The position numbers and the translations under genes were made by a program. DNA of 64,000 nt from an uncultured Pseudomonadales bacterium (lineage in GTDB: Bacteria > Patescibacteriota > Microgenomatia > UBA1400 > Chazhemtobacteraceae), in NCBI GenBank assembly GCA_964618725.1, contig CAZUBK010000003.1, positions 10,236 through 74,235 on the forward strand, written 5' to 3'. A model generated the notes under the pieces. The model was not told the DNA's origin. It searched no databases and saw only the letters and a list, made by a program, of their open reading frames with translations. This document shows positions 57,809 through 64,000 of the stretch, in pieces. Each line of letters begins with the position of its first letter. Position 1 is the stretch's first letter.

Positions 57809-57828
57809 TGGGGAAGCTTTCGCTTCCC
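57809..57828 (-). repeat. Hairpin GGGGAAGC-GAAA-GCTTCCCC (copy 2), 3' of small 2-TM gene
   Basis: Identical to 56672..56691. Confidence 0.55.
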
Positions 57829-57841
57829 CATTGTTCCCAGA

Positions 57842-58057
57842 TCAAAATCCCAAGAAAATCATCAAAAACATCAGATCCATCAACCACAAGGCAATTACAC
57901 TCACCATAATAAACATCCCAAAGACAAATTTGACCCCCACCGAGTTATTTCGTGCCATCAATCTGACTGCCCAGATCGAGAGCCCAATAGCAGATATTGT
58001 CAAAATCATGACTATCAATCCTGATATCATTGACGTTCCTTTCTGAACAAAGAGCAA
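57842..58057 (-). CDS. Small 2-TM membrane protein (71 aa), paralog of 56702..56884
   Basis: See its paralog. The identical hairpin sits 12 nt after the stop. Confidence 0.45.
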   Translation of the reverse strand: MLFVQKGTSMISGLIVMILTISAIGLSIWAVRLMARNNSVGVKFVFGMFIMVSVIALWLMDLMFLMIFLGF

Positions 58058-58132
58058 TACCCAATACTGTACACAATTTATTTCAAAACATCGATACCTT
58101 CACTTGCCTTTTCCTCAATCTTAGCTCATAAT

Positions 58133-58387
58133 ATGGACATCTCATGCAAAGGAGCCAATTTGAACACCCTGTACATTCTCAAAGGTAGTCTTTTCTCCAT
58201 GGAAGCCGAAAGACTGCTCCGCGAAAGCGGTGTCGAGTTCAAGGCAATCCATATTGAGGAAGGATACTTAGTCGATACTACGGACTTCTACCCTCTTTTC
58301 ATCCACAATCTCCCCACTCTCATCACAGAGAACCAGCAATTCGAGGGACTTCACGAAATCAAGATTTTCCTCGCTGGTCTTACATAA
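58133..58387 (+). CDS. Glutaredoxin/NrdH-like thioredoxin-fold protein lacking the CxxC motif
   Basis: YILKGS-LFSMEAERLL...GVEF..I.I aligns to the Grx beta-alpha-beta start, but CPYC is replaced by SLFS. Divergent from the RNR operon. Confidence 0.3.
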   Translation: MDISCKGANLNTLYILKGSLFSMEAERLLRESGVEFKAIHIEEGYLVDTTDFYPLFIHNLPTLITENQQFEGLHEIKIFLAGLT

Positions 58388-58432
58388 CTTATGGCCGGGG
58401 GTGACCCCGGCCAAACCTCTTCCCCGAAATTT

Positions 58433-60784
58433 TTACTTATTTCCACTTCCCTCACTGTAATCAATATCACATGCTCCCGCCACGCAGGCCAACTCTTGAG
58501 CCGCTTTGGTATAGTCTTCTTCCTCATAGCGATAAAGCTTAGAGAAATCGATCGCTGGAAACTCGGCTGCTTTGATCTCATATTCTTCCCGAGTTATTTC
58601 TTGATACGGCATCTGGGCATAGGACGCATCAAAGGCGGGCAAAAAGGCCATCCCGCCAATTAAATCCTTATGTTTCCAAACCCAATCAATTAGTTCAATC
58701 ACTTCATCGGGGTGATAGGTAATCGTCACACTCGGATTATGTTCCGTCCAATGAAGCTTGTTCTGTAGCCAATACTCACACTGCTCTACCACATTCCGCT
58801 GTTTCCGCGTAATCGCCCCTTCCGGTGACTTAACCGGAAAATGAATCACCCAAGTTGTCGCTGTTTCTATCATCTGTCCGTTTTCTGGATCCATCGGCAC
58901 ACCAGCGTCTTTCAACACTTTGTATATCGGTGTATGCGCCGATACCCGGATATTCCGAATGTAATAAGGGGCCCAGCGAGCATGGATTCCTGAAGAACAA
59001 TCAAACAACTGCGATGAGTTCCCCGATGGCTTCACACACGTCACCGCCGCAGATTGATTAATCTTGAGCTTCTCCGCCGTAATTCTATTCGTCTCTATCG
59101 CCACCTGACGTAGTCGATTCTGCACACTTGCCTCTTGCGCCACCAAACTGTCTAGCTGCCCATTAATATCTACACCCAACAATCTCTCTTCTTCACAGTT
59201 CTTCTTCCAAATCGGCCTAAGCCCAGCAAAGTTGGTCGCTAGTGATTGAACTGTGCCAATGATTGAGGCCAACTCCACCTTTTCTTTAAGAGTTTCATAG
59301 GTATCCTCTTTTCTCGCTATCGCCACCGACAAATTGCAAAACTGATATGACCGTAAAATTATCTCGCCACACGGATTTGTCCCATAATCTTTTTCTTTTC
59401 TTCTCGCAGGCCGCATTGCAATCGCCCCCTCTCGATTAAAGATTCCTGGTTCTCCTCTTCCTGACTCCACCATCTGAAGCATCTGTTGAGCTACCTCCAG
59501 CTGGGTCAACCCCCGTGATGGCCAGACCGCCGAGTTGTTAGCGTTCCATCTCTGTGAATTATCCCGCTCGAAGTCTCCACTCTTACTATCTCTCATCTCT
59601 CTATCATCAAAATCAAAAAGCGAAATCATTGCCGTTCGTCTCATTCCACCCGATACCGCAGCGTTACCCACCTCACACATCAGGTCATGTGCATCAATTG
59701 GTCTAAAAAAGCTGCCTTGTTTACTCAAAATTCTCATCCTGGCAAACTCGAGCATCTTTCTCAGCGGCTCTGGTCCAGATGATCTCCCCCCTTTCACCTT
59801 TAAGATCGCCCCTGCCGGCCGAAGAAGCGAATAATCAAACAAGATGTCTCCTCCATCAAACCAAGTCTCAAGGCCCGTCTTAATCGCTTCCGCCCATCCT
59901 TCTGTTGTATCCTCTATTATCAGCGTCCTGGCCATATTTCCCCTTTGACGCTTAATTCTTGGTAGTGCTTCCACATATTTTCCTTCCACCGAAAAACCCA
60001 CTCCACAACCATTCATTGAGATCACTAATGCCTCAACAAACGAATCAATGCTGTCAACCGGCAGATAAGAACAATTGTAAATCGAGATGTTGTTTCGTCT
60101 CGCTGCTGCTCCTGCCATTGCCAGAAGTCTCATTGAAGGCGCCACTTTCATCTCAAGTATACCCTGACGAATCCTTCTAAAGGTCTCACCAGGCAACTTC
60201 CCATCCGTCAGTTCCTTAAGGTAGTCTACCGACCGATCCACCGTCTCCATCCATGTTTCTCGTCGCCCTAAATCATAGTTAAATCGCGAGTATTTATCAA
60301 AAAACTGAAACTTTTGAATCTGATTAGCAAAGTACTGATCTGACTCTGCAAAAGCCTCAGTCACCTCTACTGGAATCGGTCGGATACCTCGAAGCTTTGA
60401 ATGCTCTGCCCGGTACAGAATATAGTGCTTGGCTGCTTCAAACTCGCCAGCCACTTGGAGTACCACCTCAACAATGTCCTGAACCTCTTCCACGCTCGGT
60501 TGCTCATATTTTGCCCCTATTACACTAACTGCGTTTCTCGTTAGCTCTTCAACCGCAGTTCTAGGTATCCTTTTGATGTCTTCAAAACAAAGTCTGATTG
60601 CTCTCTCAATTTTCCCTATTTCAAAGTCAACTATACTTCCGTCTCGTTTCATGATTCGCTTCGGTATTCTGATCTCAACTCCTTGATCCAATATCCGATC
60701 TCTCCCTTCAGCTACTCCATTTTTTTTCGGCCGTCCCCGACGAACCACTGCTTTGCTAACTCCCTCCAGTAATAAATCAGACAT
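58433..60784 (-). CDS. Ribonucleotide reductase catalytic subunit with N-terminal ATP-cone (class II NrdJ-like; class I NrdA not excluded)
   Basis: ATP-cone (VEIRIPKRIMKRDGSIVDFEIGKIERAI). NPCGEI active-site loop. C-terminal CVAGAC redox pair. No nrdB in the window. Confidence 0.8.
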   Translation of the reverse strand: MSDLLLEGVSKAVVRRGRPKKNGVAEGRDRILDQGVEIRIPKRIMKRDGSIVDFEIGKIERAIRLCFEDIKRIPRTAVEELTRNAVSVIGAKYEQPSVEEVQDIVEVVLQVAGEFEAAKHYILYRAEHSKLRGIRPIPVEVTEAFAESDQYFANQIQKFQFFDKYSRFNYDLGRRETWMETVDRSVDYLKELTDGKLPGETFRRIRQGILEMKVAPSMRLLAMAGAAARRNNISIYNCSYLPVDSIDSFVEALVISMNGCGVGFSVEGKYVEALPRIKRQRGNMARTLIIEDTTEGWAEAIKTGLETWFDGGDILFDYSLLRPAGAILKVKGGRSSGPEPLRKMLEFARMRILSKQGSFFRPIDAHDLMCEVGNAAVSGGMRRTAMISLFDFDDREMRDSKSGDFERDNSQRWNANNSAVWPSRGLTQLEVAQQMLQMVESGRGEPGIFNREGAIAMRPARRKEKDYGTNPCGEIILRSYQFCNLSVAIARKEDTYETLKEKVELASIIGTVQSLATNFAGLRPIWKKNCEEERLLGVDINGQLDSLVAQEASVQNRLRQVAIETNRITAEKLKINQSAAVTCVKPSGNSSQLFDCSSGIHARWAPYYIRNIRVSAHTPIYKVLKDAGVPMDPENGQMIETATTWVIHFPVKSPEGAITRKQRNVVEQCEYWLQNKLHWTEHNPSVTITYHPDEVIELIDWVWKHKDLIGGMAFLPAFDASYAQMPYQEITREEYEIKAAEFPAIDFSKLYRYEEEDYTKAAQELACVAGACDIDYSEGSGNK

Positions 60785-60803
60785 TCGTTTTTTAATCTAC
60801 TTA

Positions 60804-61280
60804 TTAACTACTCTCCTCAGGACAATTGCCCGAAGTTTCCAACTCTTTAATCATTTCCACGAAGTCACCAATATTGCCAAAATCAAGATAGACACTTGCA
60901 AATCGCATGTACGCCACCGCGTCTATCTTCTTTAACCGACTTAATACTAGCTTGCCTATGTCAGTACTCTTAATGACCGTGTTTTTCCTGTTCAATAACT
61001 TCATCTCAATCTCATCAATCACCCGCTCTATCTCTTCCTGTGAGATACTTCTCTTCGTACAGGCTTTAATGATCCCCTTTTCGAGCTTACTTCTATCAAA
61101 CTCTTCCTTTCGTCCATCCCGCTTGAGAACCTTAAGATCGATATTGCCAATCCTTTCATAGGTTGTAAATCGCTTACCGCATCTTCCACATTCTCTTCGT
61201 CTTCTCATTCCTGTCTCATCGGTAGTAACTCGACTTTCCAGGACTCCCGTTTGTTCGTTTGCACAATATGGACACTTCAC
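60804..61280 (-). CDS. nrdR: Transcriptional repressor NrdR (GTG start at 61280)
   Basis: (V/M)KCPYCAN...C.RCGKRFTTYE zinc ribbon plus ATP-cone. The track N-terminal extension is unlikely. Start trimmed to GTG, giving 158 aa. Confidence 0.7.
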   Translation of the reverse strand: MKCPYCANEQTGVLESRVTTDETGMRRRRECGRCGKRFTTYERIGNIDLKVLKRDGRKEEFDRSKLEKGIIKACTKRSISQEEIERVIDEIEMKLLNRKNTVIKSTDIGKLVLSRLKKIDAVAYMRFASVYLDFGNIGDFVEMIKELETSGNCPEESS

Positions 61281-61314
61281 ATTAAGATATTTATTTGTTA
61301 AATGGCAGGACTTA

Positions 61315-61330
61315 ACACTAATAGTAGTGA
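61315..61330. promoter_or_regulatory. Candidate NrdR box (ACACTA-ATAG-TAGTGA) upstream of nrdR-RNR operon
   Basis: 16-bp near-palindrome matching the NrdR-box consensus acaCwAtATaTwGtgt in the outer half-sites. 35 nt upstream of the nrdR start. Confidence 0.35.
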
Positions 61331-61424
61331 CTCTCACCAAGTTAAGACACTAAATGTCCTTTGTCAACTATTTAAAACTGACTCAAAATGGAGCCCTGCC
61401 ACCAATTCCGTAAAAACTGCGCCA

Positions 61425-62075
61425 TTAAACCCGATCCAAAAGTTTAAAGACTCTCTCCCTCGCCATATCAATCTCTCTTTTGATCTCTTCAGTTTGTCCT
61501 CGTAAATCCTCATTTTCCGAGGCAGATCGTTCTAATATCTCATTATACTTAAGTATTGCCTGTTCTAACTTGTTCGTTAATCCTCCCATCTCTCTTCCTT
61601 TCCCTTCCAACTTTTCTATCTCCACCACTGCTTTCTGTAAATATCCAACCGCCTTTCTATATGTCTGTATCCCCAATGCCTGTTTGTTCCCCTCAATTAA
61701 TACCTTCCCCGCCGCAATCCTTTTGTCCGCCAGCAGACTCCAATATTCTGCCTTTCTTGCCCCATCAAACAAAGTCCACTCTCGTATCTTATCTCGCATC
61801 ATTTTTACAAAGTAAAAGGGATGGTCTGGCAATACTCCTGGATAGGGCAAATAGTAGTTCACCTCCTCAACCAAGATTATCCTATTATCTAAAGCATCTC
61901 TCTCCTCTGTCGTTACCTCATCCTTAACTTCTATCCCTTCCTCTCCTTCAGCTCGTGCTTTCACTACCGACACAACCACCATCAAGAAAGATGCTAACAC
62001 TACCCCCACGATACCTAACCATTTGCCGACTCTTAACATATTGTTTCTGCATCCAGTATAAACATTCTGGATCAC
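61425..62075 (-). CDS. Hypothetical membrane-anchored protein (216 aa)
   Basis: N-terminal TM helix then a charged coiled-coil-like region. Confidence 0.4.
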   Translation of the reverse strand: MIQNVYTGCRNNMLRVGKWLGIVGVVLASFLMVVVSVVKARAEGEEGIEVKDEVTTEERDALDNRIILVEEVNYYLPYPGVLPDHPFYFVKMMRDKIREWTLFDGARKAEYWSLLADKRIAAGKVLIEGNKQALGIQTYRKAVGYLQKAVVEIEKLEGKGREMGGLTNKLEQAILKYNEILERSASENEDLRGQTEEIKREIDMARERVFKLLDRV

Positions 62076-62087
62076 TTGTCTAGTCCT

Positions 62088-63320
62088 CTACTTCTCAAGT
62101 CCCAACCAAGCTAAAATTAGTCTTGAGTATATCTCCGTTACCTTCTTAAGTGACTCCAAGTCAACCCACTCTCCCTCAAGTTCTTCATCTCCTCCATCTG
62201 GACCAAAACCAGCAATACAGGGGATATCTTTTGCTGCCAACATCCACGCCTCATTCCATGGACCGCAACCCTCCAGTTTCGGCGGTTCTGGCAACACTTG
62301 TTTTGCCTCCTCAAATAGAGTCTGCACAATTGGCTCACTTCGATCTAGCTCAATTGACGGCACAAACAGTAAGTCTTCAATCTCCCATTTTAGATCTGAT
62401 AGCGACGCCAGTTTTTCTTCCATCCACACTTTCACCTGCCTGTCCGTATTCCCCGGCATCAACCGAACATCGCCATAAGCGACACACGCATCCGGCACCA
62501 TATCCACAGCGATCCCTCCCATTATCTTCGTCGGAAAAGTAAACACCGGTTTTCGACCCGGAAAAGCTCTCGCCTGCTTAAACGGCAACTCAAAGTCATC
62601 CAACGCCCGTACCACTCTTGCCATATCTACAATTGCGTTCTTTCCTACTTTTCCTTTCTCCCATACCCGTCTACCCGTATTCACCGACTCCCCCTTGGTT
62701 GTCAACATAAATCGATACCCTCCTCTGTGTCCCACTGCAATTTTGTCAGTTCCGGGTTTGCCTAAAATCGCCGCCTTTGCTCGAAGTCCCTTACTCAGCA
62801 AATAATTAAGCCCCCACTTACTCGGACGCTCAGCTTTTCCATCCGCTGTAAAAGCAAATCGAAGCTTCCCCCCCAATTTACTTCCCGAATCTTTAATTGC
62901 CTTCAGTGCAAATATATAAGCACTTAGCGAAGCCTTCATGTCTAATACTCCCAAGCCAAACATCCGTCCATTTCGCACCAAACCAGAAAAGGGCATTGCC
63001 ATACTTCGATTCCCCAATCCCACCGTATCCATGTGTCCTACTAACAGAAGACTCTTTCTTGCCCGTTGGGGACCATCAACTGCCACCAAATTAGGCCGTC
63101 CACTTCTTGCTCGTAGATACCTCACCGCCACTCCCATATCCATTAACTGTTGTCTAATCAATCGCGCTACATTTGTCTCCACCTCCAGCTGTTTAGGTGC
63201 GTTCATTCCTGGATTTACGCTGTTTGCTTGTACCAAAGAGGCCAAAAACTTAACCTGCTCACTGAAATTTACTGATACTTTCTCCTCAATAGTCTGTCCT
63301 AGCTTCTTACTTACTTCCAT
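62088..63320 (-). CDS. M20 family metallopeptidase (ArgE/DapE-like deacylase)
   Basis: LLLVGHMDTV metal-binding motif and overall M20 architecture. 410 aa. Confidence 0.7.
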   Translation of the reverse strand: MEVSKKLGQTIEEKVSVNFSEQVKFLASLVQANSVNPGMNAPKQLEVETNVARLIRQQLMDMGVAVRYLRARSGRPNLVAVDGPQRARKSLLLVGHMDTVGLGNRSMAMPFSGLVRNGRMFGLGVLDMKASLSAYIFALKAIKDSGSKLGGKLRFAFTADGKAERPSKWGLNYLLSKGLRAKAAILGKPGTDKIAVGHRGGYRFMLTTKGESVNTGRRVWEKGKVGKNAIVDMARVVRALDDFELPFKQARAFPGRKPVFTFPTKIMGGIAVDMVPDACVAYGDVRLMPGNTDRQVKVWMEEKLASLSDLKWEIEDLLFVPSIELDRSEPIVQTLFEEAKQVLPEPPKLEGCGPWNEAWMLAAKDIPCIAGFGPDGGDEELEGEWVDLESLKKVTEIYSRLILAWLGLEK

Positions 63321-63403
63321 TTCTAAAGCATCCTAACACCACTACTTCAAATCTGTAAAGAAATCTGGGAAAACTAGCCTCAAACTACTCACTTCGTCCA
63401 CAA

Positions 63404-63988
63404 TCATCCAATCATCGTACTCGCCACCGCCCAGACAAAGTGTGCCAAAATCGGTGCCACCACATTCCTCGTTTTCGCCATCAGAAATCCCCCGCCCATC
63501 TCGACCAAAGCTACCACCACCAAAAAGGCTACCATCTGAAGTGCCGAATAGTTGTATACAAACAATCCAATCGGTACATGAATCAGAGCAAACATAACCC
63601 CAGTCATCACCACCGCCGACCAGAGACTCTTAGTTGCTTGAAAAACTCTCTGAAATATATATCCCGAAAAAACTAACTCCTCCACAATCGCCGTCGCCAC
63701 TGCTGCTCCCATGATATCCGCCCAACTGTTTCCTGCTAAGAATCTTATTCCTCCCACTCTACCCAAAGACACTAGCGCCAACACTCCAATCCACACCACT
63801 CCAAGTCCAAGCCCCCATACTATCGCCCTCGACCAACCTCCTTCAAAAAACCTTACCTTTCTCTTCTCATTAATCCAGATTCCGAGCACCGGCACCAGCC
63901 AAATGAGTGGCTTGATCCAAAACTCTTCGATTACTTCCGGCAATCTAAATAACAATCTAAAAAGTCCCCAAACAAGCAATAGATACAC
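63404..63988 (-). CDS. CPBP family intramembrane metalloprotease
   Basis: AIVEELVFSGY (EExxxR-like) and MFALIHVP (FxxxH) motifs. Confidence 0.6.
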   Translation of the reverse strand: MYLLLVWGLFRLLFRLPEVIEEFWIKPLIWLVPVLGIWINEKRKVRFFEGGWSRAIVWGLGLGVVWIGVLALVSLGRVGGIRFLAGNSWADIMGAAVATAIVEELVFSGYIFQRVFQATKSLWSAVVMTGVMFALIHVPIGLFVYNYSALQMVAFLVVVALVEMGGGFLMAKTRNVVAPILAHFVWAVASTMIG

Positions 63989-64000
63989 ATAGTAGTAAAA

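Noticed and set aside
58433-60784. Intein in the ribonucleotide reductase (a common intein host)
   Set aside because: Length (783 aa) and a contiguous ATP-cone plus catalytic core leave no room for an insert. No Cys/Ser...HN block pair was seen.
1-64000. CRISPR array / cas genes
   Set aside because: No regularly spaced direct repeats with unique spacers. The repeated hairpins occur only in pairs and are terminator-like.

Overview
This is a gene-dense window on one bacterial contig. The lineage is probably a reduced-genome, CPR-like organism with moderate GC content. Most genes lie on the minus strand.

The organism uses extended -10 promoters (TGnTAAAAT) and terminators built from a GC-rich 7-8 bp stem, a 4-nt loop and a TTTTCTT tract.

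Housekeeping genes I can support are rpsA, mnmA, uppS, trxA/trxB, pth, trpS, recF, fpg, an ATP-dependent DNA ligase, a 5'-3' exonuclease, a ribonucleotide reductase with nrdR, a P-type ATPase with a CaCA antiporter, an MFS transporter, a DedA protein, GT2 and GT4 glycosyltransferases, an M20 peptidase, two CPBP proteases and a DsbA-like protein.

The ftsH gene carries a 431-aa LAGLIDADG intein inserted exactly in the Walker A P-loop.

Three tRNA genes are present: two with anticodon CAT and one with the rare anticodon TAT.

The most unusual region is a 5.5-12.8 kb island. It holds three RimK-like ATP-grasp ligases. One of them is fused to a DUF785 retropepsin-like domain and sits next to a signal-peptide 7TM protein. 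These ligases alternate with a family of ~360-aa proteins of unknown function. A third member of that family lies at 24.8 kb, and all three share a near-identical promoter/5'UTR and terminator. A tandem pair of ~70-aa paralogs is also part of the island.

A second accessory region spans 50-58 kb. It contains a HigBA-like toxin-antitoxin pair flanked by tRNAs, a XerD-like recombinase, an EEP nuclease, a VirD4/TraG/TrwB-like ATPase, a DinD/Bro-N protein, and duplicated small 2-TM proteins that each carry an identical GNRA-loop hairpin.

Other notable items are a VapBC pair with an orphan VapB paralog, a Fic-like protein that keeps the SxxxEG inhibitory motif but has a degenerate catalytic motif, a CarS/CTP-transferase-like small membrane protein, a trio of Tat-signal lipoproteins likely to be cell-wall enzymes, and a CxxC-less glutaredoxin-fold protein divergent from the RNR operon.

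I saw no CRISPR array, rRNA, transposase or reverse transcriptase.
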